The translations under genes and the position numbers were made by a program. From NCBI GenBank assembly GCA_963693365.1, contig CAVNZM010000005.1:8846334-8910333 (forward strand): DNA of 64,000 bases, in the 5' to 3' direction. Shown in pieces: positions 45,231 to 64,000 of this stretch (the first letter of the stretch is position 1; every line of letters starts with the position of its first letter). The DNA is from Amoebidium appalachense. Lineage: Eukaryota > Protista > Ichthyosporea. The notes beneath the pieces were generated by a model. The model saw only the letters and a program-made list of their open reading frames with translations. It was not told the DNA's origin and searched no databases.

Positions 45231-46452
45231 AGGCCTCCATGGGAGAGGCCTTGTTATATACAACACTCTATATTGGAGGGTTTTCATTGGGGAGCCACTT
45301 TCATCCAATCCATCACGTTCGATCTAGACCTGCATTGATAGGGGTTCGCACGAGTCCGCGCTGTCGATGGGTATGCGGCAATCGGATGGAAGCATTTGAT
45401 TTCCTTTTTCATCGCATTCCAGTTATGGAGTGATAATGTGTGACTCTAAACTAAAACCACACGAACGACAACAGTGAATGTTGTATTTTAGACATTGATA
45501 TTATCGTTAAAAACTCTTTATTGTTCCTAATATATGACGCTTTTAGCGCTTTCACTTGCTAAGAGTCGCACGGATATGCCTTGCAATTGAAGTACTTGGG
45601 AATGCGTTTTGCAAATGTTTTGCGCGCAGCCAAAAAGCTCGAAGATTCCAGCGTCATCACATGAGATGAATCTTTGTGCACATCGCACGTGTATACTTGC
45701 ACGCGTTTGTTTATATACTGTACATGTCCCTTTGATCATGGGACGTTTCAGTGACCTTCGCTGGTAGGCAATTCTTTATATATAATCCTATTGTTGAGTG
45801 CGTGTGTGGGGGTTTTGGTGCCAATAAACGTTTCTTCTTACAGACCAGTACTCGTTCCACTTGATTTAGTGGTACAGAGAGCGTTGATTGAAGTAATCGA
45901 TGACAACAGCGCGCACAGTTATAGCACGTAGCCCTTAAGTCTTTAGGATGAAGTTTGCAGGTTCACTTGGGTAACGAGGGGAACAGACACAATTTCTGTT
46001 TAGGAACTCTTGTGGCTACTTGGCCCTGGCCCTTTGCAGCAATCATACAAGAACTCACGCTAAATCTGTCATGATAAACTTTTACTGCGAGGAATGTATG
46101 CCATTGTATGGTGTGCATGGTGATTGGCGTATTGCTCATCCAATGATGAAAAGGTGTGCAAATCCCAAGCCCCCCAAGAATGTAAGCCTGCGGGGGATTA
46201 CGCACGCTTTGCCATTTTGCATTGCAACACGTGCCCCAAGACACATGCATCAAAACTTTAATAAGCTCATGATTATCACAAAACTGTTTCTACTTGGCCA
46301 AAAATGCTTTGTTCATAGTGCAAACCAAGCCGACCTAATACTTGGATTCACTTGTTTTTCCAACTTTTTGGATAAATTCTCTTCGCCCGGACATTCGGAA
46401 GAATCCGAACCGGATCACGACAGAGTCCAGGGAGATTCTGGCATCCAAATCC

Positions 46453-46541
46453 CGATTGGTGCATTATGGGTTATTTACACTAATGTCGATCTGATTGGCC
46501 GATGTGTGATCTCATGCTAAGCCCAACACAAGTATATAAAC
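46453..46541 (+). promoter_or_regulatory. MFS gene core promoter: two inverted CCAAT boxes plus TATA
   Basis: ATTGG at 46455 and 46494 (GATTGGCCGA), TATATAAAC at 46533. Confidence 0.55.
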
Positions 46542-46729
46542 GAAAAGCAGCAGCACAGTCCGCACCACAATTCCGCTTGCAACCAAAATTTAACCAAACA
46601 AACAAAAACTAGGAAAGCAAATTGCGGTCCTTCGGAAAGTCGATATCGCAAAAACTGCGCTTTGTACTCTAAGTTTTAAGACAGACCCCACTCAAATATA
46701 CGAACGCACCGTAAACGGGCTGTAACACA

Positions 46730-48148
46730 ATGGGGATTGCGGACAAGTACACGTCGGCCAAGTCACAGATAGTGATTGTGTCGTTCATTGCCTTCTGCTG
46801 CCCGGGCATCTTCAACGCCCTCTCCGGCCTGGGCGGTGCCGGGTCCGATGACCCCACGGTGGCAAACAATGCCAACACGGCGCTGTACGCCACCTTTGCC
46901 ATCTTCGGCTACTTTGGCGGCCTGTTCTTTAACATCTTTGGCAACCGCATCCTTATGGGTGTGGGCGGCGCCACCTACTGCTTCTATGCCGTGGCCCAGT
47001 ACCTGGCCGGCGTCAACCCCGACCTCGGCTGGCTTGCCATCCTCTCGGGCGCCGTGTTGGGCATCGGTGCCGGCCTGTTCTGGACCGCCCAGGGCGCCAT
47101 GATGATGGCCTATGCCACGCCCGAGAAGAAGGGCACGTACATCTCCACCTTCTGGATCATCTTCAACCTCGGCGGCCTGGTGGGCGGCATCCTCTCCTTT
47201 GCCCTCAACTACAACAACGAGGTCGGAAAGGCCAACCCCGCCTCCTACTTCGCCTTTGCCGCCCTCATGGGCTGTGGCTCCATTGCGGCCTTTGTTTTTC
47301 TTGCCAACCCCAAGAGTGTCGTGCGTGAGGACGGCATGCCCGTGTCGTTTGCAAAGGCCACCGGCCCCGTGGAGGAGTTCAAGAACGTGGCCATGATGTT
47401 CACCAACGTCAACATGCTGCTGCTCACGCCCCTGTTTATTGCCTCCAACTGGTTCTACACCTATCAGTTCAACGCTGTCAATGGCGGTCTGTTCAGTGTG
47501 CGTGCCCGTGGCCTCAACAGTGCGCTGTACTGGGGCTCGCAGATGCTCGGGGCCTACCTGTTTGGGCAGGTGTTCCTGGACCGGCCCAGCATGAGCAAGC
47601 GCCTACGCGGTCTGTACGGGCTGGCCATCCTCGGCGTCTTCTTCACCGTCACCTATTGCCTGGGACTGTACCTGCAGATTGGCTACCAGGGCGGCTACGA
47701 CAAGAACCTGTCCACCGACCCCGCCTGTGCCGGCATGGTGTACAACCCAAACACAAACACGTGCCGGCCCCGCATTGACGTCACGGACGGTGCGGACTAC
47801 CTGTTCCCCATCCTCGTGTTCCTGATGTACGGCATGGCCGACGCCATGCTGCAGACCTACGCCTACTGGGTCATGGGAGCCATCACGGACGACTGCGACG
47901 AGTCTGCGCGGTTTGCCGGCTACTACAAGGGCGTGCAGTCGGCCGGGGCGGCGGTGGCGTGGAGCATCGACAACAGCCTGGCCAACCACACGCACTCGTG
48001 GCTGGTGCAAATGGTCATCTGCTGGGTGCTGTTTGAGGTCTCCATCCCCTTCACGGGCCTCGTGGCCCACAAGAGAATCAACGCCGCAGCTGACACCGCA
48101 GACTCGGCTGTGCCCGTGGAATTGAGCGAGAAAAAGATTGATGCCTAG
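46730..48148 (+). CDS. UNC-93-like (DUF895) MFS transporter, NGT1/NOPE1-like putative N-acetylglucosamine transporter, intronless
   Basis: 472 aa, ~12 hydrophobic segments. QIVIVSFIAFCCPGIFNALSGLGGAG, GIGAGLFWTAQGAMMMAY, FIASNWFYTYQFN, ARGLNSALYW, RFAGYYKGVQSAGAAVAW are characteristic of the plant/fungal UNC93-like clade. Substrate is inferred. Confidence 0.9.
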   Translation: MGIADKYTSAKSQIVIVSFIAFCCPGIFNALSGLGGAGSDDPTVANNANTALYATFAIFGYFGGLFFNIFGNRILMGVGGATYCFYAVAQYLAGVNPDLGWLAILSGAVLGIGAGLFWTAQGAMMMAYATPEKKGTYISTFWIIFNLGGLVGGILSFALNYNNEVGKANPASYFAFAALMGCGSIAAFVFLANPKSVVREDGMPVSFAKATGPVEEFKNVAMMFTNVNMLLLTPLFIASNWFYTYQFNAVNGGLFSVRARGLNSALYWGSQMLGAYLFGQVFLDRPSMSKRLRGLYGLAILGVFFTVTYCLGLYLQIGYQGGYDKNLSTDPACAGMVYNPNTNTCRPRIDVTDGADYLFPILVFLMYGMADAMLQTYAYWVMGAITDDCDESARFAGYYKGVQSAGAAVAWSIDNSLANHTHSWLVQMVICWVLFEVSIPFTGLVAHKRINAAADTADSAVPVELSEKKIDA

Positions 48149-48920
48149 AGGGAATGACATCTGATTCCGCTTCGTATTTAGTTTCTGTAATATGTAGGCA
48201 TGCCAGAGTGATGGGAGGCCCGGCAACTAGGGCTGCAGACGTGACTGTCTTAAGACGCGAATAATCTTTGCGAACATTGTAAACATCTTTGTGTTTTTCA
48301 GAATCTCAGAACGTATATTTAGAGCAGTACGAGTTACATAATATAATCCATTAGAATAATGTTACGGTCACGGTGCTGTGCATCGACCATCAAATTCAGT
48401 TCCAAATGAACCGCTGTTCAGTTGAAGTTATTCTAAAACGCAGTTATAGAATAATTAACCCTGTCCGGCAGCCAGTCTCACATTTTGCAAGAGCCGCTTT
48501 TTGGTCGCACTCCCCCCCCCCCCCCCCCCAAAAAAAAAAAAAAAAAAAAAAAAAACATCCCGTCATCCCCCCCCTCCCCCTCCCCCAAGAAAAAAAAAAA
48601 AGGAAAGAAAAAAATCCCCCCGTTTCCCCCCTTCCCCCCCCTTTCCCCCCAGCTCCGGACCCCCCTCCCCGGCCCTCCCTTCCCCCCCCTCCCCCCCCCC
48701 CCCCCCCCCCCCCCGCCCCCTTCCCCCCGCCTTCTACACGGCTACTGCATCATAGCTAGTCAGCAATTCGCTTGTATATAGTATCCTCATGAATTACACG
48801 TTTATGTCCCTTGCTTGCCCAAATATGGGCACATGCACACACACGCACACATCATGACACATACCGGATGCATACAGACGCACAGACGCACACGCACACA
48901 CGCACGCACACACACACACA

Positions 48921-48979
<59 letters not shown>

Positions 48980-49082
48980 CACTCACTCACTCACACACAC
49001 ACACACACACACACGAACACAAAAATGGCACACATTTTCAGGGCCCTGCAACCGAGTGTGGCCCGGACCCCTTCGCCGGAGG

Positions 49083-49131
<49 letters not shown>

Positions 49132-49509
49132 GGGAACCGATGCACTGCCGCGCAAGTTCAGCAGAGAAAAAGTCAGGATGAGTAAATTTTTGTGCGTCTT
49201 CCAATGCTAGAGCCTTGCCTTTGAGCTTTGTGAGCGCAAAGAAAGTTTGACAGTCATTTGGGCGGCCCCGAGAGGGCCTAGCAGATACTATTTTTTTTCC
49301 TCGTTGTTGTTTTTGTTTTTGTTGTGTGTGTGTGGGGGGGGGGGGGGGGGGGGGGGAGGGGGGGGGGGGGGGGGGGGGGGGAGGTTTGGTTATCTTTTGG
49401 AAGGCTGACAGCTTGAATGCAGAGGTTGCCCACTAGGAACGATTTAGCCACCCCGCTTTTGTTTAAGAAAACCTGTTTTTTTTTTGTTTTTTTTTGTTTT
49501 TTTTTTTTT

Positions 49510-49552
<43 letters not shown>

Positions 49553-49840
49553 GGGGGAGGCGAAGCCTTGAGGAAGTGGGTAGGACATTGGTAGGCACGC
49601 ATGCACACACACAACTCCCCCCCTCCCCCCCCCCCCCACCCACCACCACCACCACCACCACCACCCACCCACCCACCCACCCACCCACATACACATCAAC
49701 CCACACACACCGGACCCTGCTGTCTTGCAATTCCGCAACCCACCCTACACCGATATTTTATCACAAGACTCTGTAACCATATGCCTACCAGCCTCCCTGC
49801 CTGCACTCACCTCCCCCTTCCCCATCCTCCCCCCCCTCCC

Positions 49841-49871
<31 letters not shown>

Positions 49872-50367
49872 AAAAAAAAAAAAAAAACCCAATCACCCAC
49901 ACACAACCAGTGTTACGTCAACACCACCACATCATGCGGCACCATACGTGCTACTAATTATATATACTGGACTTCAACGCATCCTCCCACTGAGCCACTG
50001 AATTCGTTTGGCAAATAAATACTCAACTTTTGCCAGTATCATAAAGTTTGCGTGTGTCCGAGTAGCAGTTTTGCCAATAATTGTCGCTCTGCTTGTTCGC
50101 GTGATATCATGATTATTCCGCTTAAAAACATGCTGAATTCCGAATTGACACGGTGTTGAACAGTTTTCTTAATCTGACTGGCCTGAAGTAAAAATATAAA
50201 AATGTAAGAAAAATCTGCCCTTTTCGTGAAAATTTGCTAGGGTACCCTGAGAAAATCTTCAAGTCATAAACGGCGCCGGTGAAGTGAGAGGAGTGGTCGA
50301 AGACTTCCCCCAATGAATTCGAAAACTTTGAGGTAATCGGTATTTGTGCACGTACATGTGTTGTGTG

Positions 50368-50458
<91 letters not shown>

Positions 50459-51345
50459 TGCGTGTGTGTATGTGTGTGTGTGTGTGTGTGTGTCGGCGCG
50501 AGTTTGTATTCCGAAGCGTGTGTGTAACTCAGCATAGTGTTGGGTGTGCATAACTTCGACGTGTGTGTGGTTGTGTCCTTGCGTATGTGGATATTTATGC
50601 TGCTGCATGTATGACTGCACGTGCGCGTACGTCTGTATGATGTATGTGTCATGGTTTGTGTCTGTGTGCATGTAAATGTGTATGCAATGCCATGATTCTT
50701 TGTGTTTGCTTTTTGGGGCCAAGGGGTCAGGAGGCTGAAAGAGGATTGGTGGGTGGGTGGGTGGGGGGGGGGGGGGGGGGGGGGGGGTGGCTGTGATGAA
50801 TTAGGGGGTGAAGGGCGTGGGTGGGTGGCGGGGGGAGGGGAGGGGGCGGGTTTGATATGCCTTAGAGAGTGCAGCGAATTAAATTGCTCTGATGAAAGGA
50901 CCTGTTGAGTGTAGGGCCAAGAAGCAAGAGAGAGAGTACGGTAACCACCGGGCAGGGCAAAACAGGCAAACCGGCAAGAGATTTGAGTAAGCCCAACCTT
51001 ACTTAGGAGAGGGTGACACTGTAAAAGATGGTGTGTGTGATTTGGCATGCACATGTTCACATGTGTGTGTGTGCGTGCCTGAATGTGAATGTGAATGTGT
51101 ATGTGTGCTACATGTGTGCGTGCATGCGTGCATGTGAATGTGAATCAGAGACAGACAGATAGGGGGGGGGGGGGGGGGGGGGGGGGAGAGAGAGAGAGAG
51201 AGAGAGAGAAGAGGGGGGGGGGGGGGGAAGAGAGAGAGAGGGAGAAAGGGAGAGGGCAGGGGAGAGAGAGAGAGAGAGAGACTGAGAGAGAGAGAGTGTG
51301 TGTGTGTGTCTGTGTGTTTGTTTGTGTGTTTGTGTGTGTGTGTTT

Positions 51346-51382
<37 letters not shown>

Positions 51383-51478
51383 AGGCCTTGTGTGTGTGTG
51401 TGTGTGAGGCCTTGTGTGTGCATGCGCGCATGGCAATGTAAATAGTAGTGTCACGGTTTGTGTGTGTGTGTGTGTGTA

Positions 51479-51515
<37 letters not shown>

Positions 51516-51579
51516 CACTGTGTCTGTGTGTACGTACACGCGCGTGTGTGTATGTGTGTGTGTACGTGTGTACGTGTGT

Positions 51580-51680
<101 letters not shown>

Positions 51681-52160
51681 CGCGAGTTAACCAAGGTGGT
51701 GAGGGGGGGCATTGACCAGTGGCGGTGTCTGTGTGCCTCGAGGGACAGAGGAGGGGGGGGGGGGGGGGGGGGGGGGGGGCTGAAGGGGGTGACCATTGCA
51801 CTGAGTTATTGGCTGCTCCCTCTGGCCAATGTGAAAGTCAATTTGATCATGAGCCATGGGTAAAGTTTACATGTAAGCAGGTGTGTGGCAAACAACGAAT
51901 CGGATTCCCCTGTGTCACTGCAAATATCATGTTCATTCTACACGGCCACATGTACATGCTTTAGCTAATAAATAAAGTCATTAGATGTGGATGCGGATGC
52001 ACACGTGCATGTGCTCAATCATCGGGGGGAGCTGTGTAAATTGTGTTGTGCGTGCGACAATTGAAAACGTTCCATATATGGCGTGTGTATGATAGGACAG
52101 TGACTTCAACCGAGAATCACGAGGGATTGGGGTGAGGCCTAGGGGCCTGGAGGCATATGG

Positions 52161-52195
<35 letters not shown>

Positions 52196-52457
52196 TGATG
52201 AGCACGAGCCCGGCCGCAGAGTGTGATGTATGTGCATTGCAAGTCAATGCAGCCAAGGCCGAATGGCAGCTTTTGCAGAGGTCCACAAATTCGAAGGAAA
52301 AAGATGCGGGTGCGCGTGCGTGCGTGTGTGTGTGTGCGTGCCTGTGTGTGCGTGTGTGTGTACACTGGACATGTGTGTGTGTGTGTGTACGTGTGTGTGT
52401 GTGTGTGTGTTGTGCGTGTCACAGTGTGTGTGTGTGTGCGTGTGTGTGCGTGTGCGT

Positions 52458-52498
<41 letters not shown>

Positions 52499-52508
52499 GT
52501 GCGTGTCA

Positions 52509-52620
<112 letters not shown>

Positions 52621-52623
52621 ACG

Positions 52624-52661
<38 letters not shown>

Positions 52662-52715
52662 CACGGTGGCCGTGGTGGTGGTGGTGGTGGCGGTGGTGGT
52701 GGTGGTGGTGGTGGT

Positions 52716-52754
<39 letters not shown>

Positions 52755-54205
52755 CGGGGGGGGCCTCGGCATCGACCCCACTTGTCGACCTGGGGCCGCG
52801 CCGGAATGTGTGGAATTCTTCTTTGCCGTTCCAAGGTGCGCATGCACATTCTAACCCGAGAATCCTGATTCCGGACTACAAGCAAATATATCTTAAAACG
52901 CAACATCCAGCATTATAATAACTATTTATGATGTGATGAGAGAAGAAAATGGTGTGGTGAAAAAAATTATTATTAGACTCCGTGAAGAGAAGTGTTTTGT
53001 GCTTTGTGCTAATCTGATAACAAAACTCGTGCTGGTGTGACGTGGTGAGCGTCACTGAGCGACCAGGGTTATCGGAGGAATGAGATAACGCATTCCACCA
53101 GTTAAAGAGAACGCTATCTGCGTCCTGATTGGGGCATTTATCCAACCTGATGCCCAACCTGATACACTTGGCGTAATCACGGGATTCCTATGGTTTTGGC
53201 TTGCATGCCCCCCATATAGAATGGAAAACGGACTATAAAACGCTTTTTATTTGTTAATCTGCTAATATTTATGTAAATTCATGAATCTTATACTGCTGTT
53301 GAAAACTTGTACATACATTAAAGTACTTCTGTGAAAAAAATACCCCCTGCGCGAATTTGATATTAGGAATGTGTGACGCCTCGGCTAGTCTAAAACGTGT
53401 AAACTCCATTATGCACACCAGCCAAAAACTCGTGCGGTTTAGTAAGCTTAGTGACGCAATTTGTAAAGACTAAATTCAGGTAGAGAAATAAAGCAAACCG
53501 TTCAAGAGCCAAAGACGCGTTGTGCACTGCAGAGCTGACAAGGTTGAAAACTGACAACTTTTTTGTAAACGACTTCTTCCGGGCCCTATTACTAGATGCG
53601 TTTACCTCTGGAGCTTGTGTTATTTCCCTTTTGTTTTCTTTGTCTATGACTCAAGTGAATTGAACTGATCACGAACCACCCAAAGATCTCATCTCATCAC
53701 CTTGCGATTTTGTACAACATGAGATCTACAACAAGCTCTAATCAAATGTTTTGTTCGAGGCATCGTGTACAGCATTCGTGGTGTCACATTGTTCGTGCAC
53801 CTGCTCAAGCATTTTTTATTTGTTTCATCCACTCTCAGTAATCGAATTCATCGCTGATGGGCACACTGTGCCACACAATCGCCATTGCTGTAGTCATCGG
53901 GCTTTCGAAGTAACGACGTCCGTAGGCTAGGTAATTGGTCAGTGGAGTAGTTACATATGTCGAACAAAACTCGCAGAAAGAACAACACATATGAAAAAGG
54001 ACCGGCCAGGGCTTTTCAGTGTTTCATCGTGCGGACACTGTTCAATGCACTTGCTTTGGAATAAAACATCTGCACATCCCGGATTCTGACCTGCCCATTT
54101 TGAACATCTCTGATCTCTGATTTAATCTTCCCCTCTTGATAAACCATACTTTGCTGCAAAAACGAAACTACTACTACAGTTTGCTCACAAGTTACTCTTC
54201 CAAAC

Positions 54206-60182
<5,977 letters not shown>

Positions 60183-60282
60183 GGGGTACTCACACACACG
60201 CACACACACACACACACCGTGACAACCATACGTGCACGCACATGCAAACCTGGGCGCGCACACGCGCACGTGCACAGGCGCA

Positions 60283-60333
<51 letters not shown>

Positions 60334-62324
60334 CACACACACACACACAAACACACACACGCGCGCGTGCACACACATGCATTCAACAGGCCCTGACTGT
60401 GATACTTTGCCCGTCCTTAAGATCACGGCCTTTATGTAGACAATACGAACTCTGGAATATGTGAATGGTTAACTGTCAGACCTCCAATTGCTCCCCTTCC
60501 CCCTCCCTCCCTCCCCCCCCCCCCCCCCCCCCCTCCCTCCTTGGGGGCCCCCCCAAATATCTAAATAGTGGTGTCGCATGTTCGAATGTTTTGCAACAAA
60601 GACCTGTATTGCGAAGGACAACTATAGCTAGATGTAGTAGGTGACTAGTCACTTTAAGGCAGCTTCGATTGCAACACAGAAACACGACGCAATACTCTGT
60701 GGACAAGCTGTTCAGGTGTTTGTTTTTACCATTTTGATAAAGTTTCTTATTCCATACCGCCGTAGTTTTTGTCGATATAGTATACCAACCGTACATACTG
60801 CAAGCTTGCAAAACAAACATGGCAGAATGAAACTATTTAGGAATATATAGGTGTGAAACTGTGAGAAATGGAGAAAATCTAATGGAGAGCGCTATAGAAA
60901 TGCACATGTAAGGGAGCTGATGTGAACTCCCGGGGCACCGTGTGCCCATGTACACAAAAATACAACATACACCTGCAGGCACATACTCTAACCTTGCCAG
61001 CACGCACTGTTAATTATTGACACACACACACCCCTCCGGCTATTAGGGGGAAGGGGGAGGGGGGAAGGGGGGGGAAGAGGGGGGGGGACCACCACCCACC
61101 CACCCCAAAGGCTGCCATCATGTGACTATATCAGATAACCTGATCATACGATAGTGTTAATATTTTATTATAATTTAGCAGCAGACTGATAGGAGTCCTT
61201 GATCATCTGAAACTCAGGCTATATGCCGTACGGTCATCCCCCCCCCCCCCCCCCCCCCCCTCCCCCCCTTCCTGCTCCTCTACCCCCCTCCCTGGACCCC
61301 TGTCCCCCCCAAAACCCCACCGTCTCTCGCACTCGTTCCCAGTCGCCCCATGCACGGCGGGCGCATACACACGCACACACTCAGTGGCACACGTATCACA
61401 CGTACCTGCCAGCGCATATACCACGCACGCACACGAGGTGCACAAAACTTTGACCAACGATGAGCACCCGACATTTGCATGAACATGCAGATACACAAAC
61501 ACATACATTCCCTGCGCATGCCACGCAGATTCGTACACGAACACTGCACGGTCAACACGATAAACCTGCCCAAATAATTTAGAAATAGTTGGCCGTTGCA
61601 CTTGTGTGTACGTCACGGTGTGTGTGTGCACGCGCATGCATATGTGTGCACCTGTGCACATACATGCATTAAATGTGATTTTTTATGTAAACTTTGTAGG
61701 GTTACTGAGAGGGAGGAGGGGTGTAGGAAGATTCATAGTATGGGGGGCGGGAGGATTTGGGGGGGGGGGGGGGGGGGGGTTAGAAAATGTTATATAGATC
61801 ACATCCTTAGTTCACATTTGCCGAGGACAACACAAAGCAGACTTTGCAACGAACACACAAAAGAATATGCATCCGGCAGAACACGAAGGGTGGGAAGTGT
61901 GTGCGTGTGTGCGTGCCCACGTGTGTGTGTGGGTACCGGGTGTGGGTGTGTGTGTGTGTCTGTGTAAGAGGGGGGGAAGGGGGGGGGGGGGGATTCAAAA
62001 GCTAAGGGGGCTATGCATCAGTGGCTAAACGGAACTTCATTCCTCCAAAAGGGGGGGGGGGAAGGGGTAACGAATACAACCTTTGGTGAGTGGAAAAGAG
62101 ACTCCGGCCGTGATCACGCGCACACACGGGGGGAGGGGGGGCAAGGGGGGCTACCGGGGGGCGGGTGGGGGGGGGGGGGGGGGGGGAACCCACCACCCCA
62201 CTTGCTTAGGTGGATTCCTACCCCCCCCCCCTCTCGGAGGGCGGGCCCAACCACATTGGCTGAGTCAATAAACTTGCTCCCCGAAACTATCCTGCTATTT
62301 TTTTATATAAACATTATACCATTT

Positions 62325-62815
62325 TAAAGCAGCCTGAATTATTCAGCAAATCAGGATTATTCTGATAGTATGATAATTCTGATAAAAGCAGAGTACAATG
62401 ATTCCGCTGAGAGCTGCTACCGTAAAATTTGGTGGTAGCTCTTATTTTTGAGACCGACAAAACTCAGTGTCCGTTGAAGCGACTGCTCACGTGCCAGCTC
62501 GTACTCTTGAAAATAGATACTTGGTCATACGACGGCTGAGGACACAGTCATATACGCGGCAGTGCCGAAAGCAGAATTAGCAAGCAGCACTGAATTAATC
62601 TACTAAAACTTTGAGAATTGTTCTGCTTAAAGCAAAATCATTCTGCGGTCGAAAGCAGAAGAATTCTGCTGAGTGATTCCGCTCATTGACAAAAGCAGAA
62701 CAATTCTGCTTAAGAAAATCCTGCTTTTTGCAGAATAATCCTGCTTTTTGCAGAATAATTCTGCTTTTTGCAGAATAATTCTGCTTTTTGAAGAATGATC
62801 CTGCGGTTGCAAGTT
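62325..62815. repeat. Degenerate array of palindromic 20 bp units (GCAGAATAATTCTGCTTTTT), dispersed repeat family
   Basis: About four near-perfect units at 62715-62800 plus degenerate copies upstream. A fragment of the same family occurs at 27612-27638. Confidence 0.7.
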
Positions 62816-62955
62816 AGCTCTGTCGATGTGGTTGGGTCCTGGAGGGGAGGGGGGGACCCACCCAGTCCCTGTGGCTACCGTGGGGAAGGGAAGGGGGGGG
62901 AGAGGAGGGGGGAGGGGAGACTTCGATATTTACTACAGTCCCAAATTCAAAAAAA

Positions 62956-62995
<40 letters not shown>

Positions 62996-64000
62996 ACAAA
63001 ACCGTTCACACACACTGAAACACAATTACACATACACACCCACACACACACACACTTACACCACACACGCTTCAAAGGAAATGGAAAACCTGAAACAAGA
63101 AGGAAAAAAAAAGAAAACTGCACCCTATTGAGTTTTGCTCCCTCCCCCCCCCCCCCCCCCCCCCCTTCTCCCTCCCCTCCCCCCCGGGCCAACCACGTGC
63201 ACCCACCCACCCCCCATCCCCACCCCGCCTCTACCCCCCACGTGCACAAATTTAACAAACTGACACGCCCACACAAAAGAAAAGAAAGACCAAATAGAAT
63301 AAAAACCTTGTAGTTAGACTCTTTGTCGAGTTTTCCCCGCGTGCACGTGACCCCCGTGTGTACATGACTGTTAGTCTGAGCGACTGAGTCGTCGCGACGC
63401 GGTCTACGGAGCTGTACGTGCATGTTATTATGAATGTTCGGCCGCCAGTCACGTGTGCTGCGCAGAAAACGGCATTCGACTTCCGGATTGTTTTTGTTTT
63501 TTTTGTTTTTTTTTGTGTGTGATGTTTTCAAAGTATGACACCGTGACTGCCAGTGTACACGTGCGTGTGTGGTGTGTGATCATGACACGGTGTTTTTTTA
63601 CTTTTTATTTTATCCCGTTTCACTCCCGGCGAGGCACTGCCTCAGGGGAGCTTACCGTCTTCCGCCTAAACACAGATCGTACTGTAGGTACCTATAGAGT
63701 ATAGCACACTCACAAGTCAATGATTCTAATCGACCCCAACTGGCACTATTTTTAGTTACGCCTTATCCCACGGTTCTAGCCGCAGCAACGCTAGTACTAG
63801 TGGGAAGCACTTTAACAACACCAGCCGGGAGCGACCCGGGACACATACACAAACATACGGACTTGAAAGGAAAAACCCCCTGCCCAGGACGCTGACATGA
63901 CCCGAACCGTGGCCGGTGACTCGGATTGGTCTAGATCACCTTATAAATGCTGCACAGTATGATATTGTGATCCGGTGCCTTAACTTTCTTTCGGAGCTAC

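Noticed and set aside
46020-46520. 166 aa Cys-containing ORF (FYCEEC), possible piggyBac Cys-rich tail
   Set aside because: The Cys pattern is incomplete, there is no transposase core or TIRs, and it overlaps the MFS promoter.
62715-62800. CRISPR-like palindromic repeats
   Set aside because: Units are directly tandem with no unique spacers, there are no cas genes, and the context is eukaryotic.
63656-63950. Possible 36 nt minus-strand micro-exon (63656-63691), and ATTGG/TATAAA promoter near 63925-63947
   Set aside because: No partner exons or homology; any associated gene would lie outside the window.

Overview
Eukaryotic, intron-rich DNA saturated with microsatellites and homopolymers ((CA)n/(GT)n, (GA)n, poly-G/C). 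Most short ORFs in the ORF track are repeat noise. The gene content (animal-like MEK1/2, fungal/bacterial-type class II aldolase, calcium-binding EGF exons, NGT1/NOPE1-like transporter) suggests a unicellular opisthokont such as an ichthyosporean; this is inference. Reconstructed genes: DDX49/DBP8 helicase (5'-partial, +), MEK1/2-like MAP2K (-), intronless FBA class II (-) and GAPDH (+) head-to-head but split by a 3.2 kb defective hAT element, a GT14 glycosyltransferase whose two exons lie in reversed order, degenerate cbEGF exons, an intronless UNC-93/NGT1-like MFS transporter with an inverted pseudogene copy, and a six-exon two-domain globin ending in a CaaX box. Mobile DNA includes a young non-LTR retroelement whose true 3' end lies ~200 bp beyond an internal poly(A), and several MITEs. 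Most notable signals: self-complementary (fold-back) introns with splice sites embedded in microsatellites, the permuted GT14 gene, the CaaX di-domain globin, the retroelement tail module, and repeated exon-end 'echo' duplications. All splice models were read by eye, and homopolymer sequencing errors are likely.
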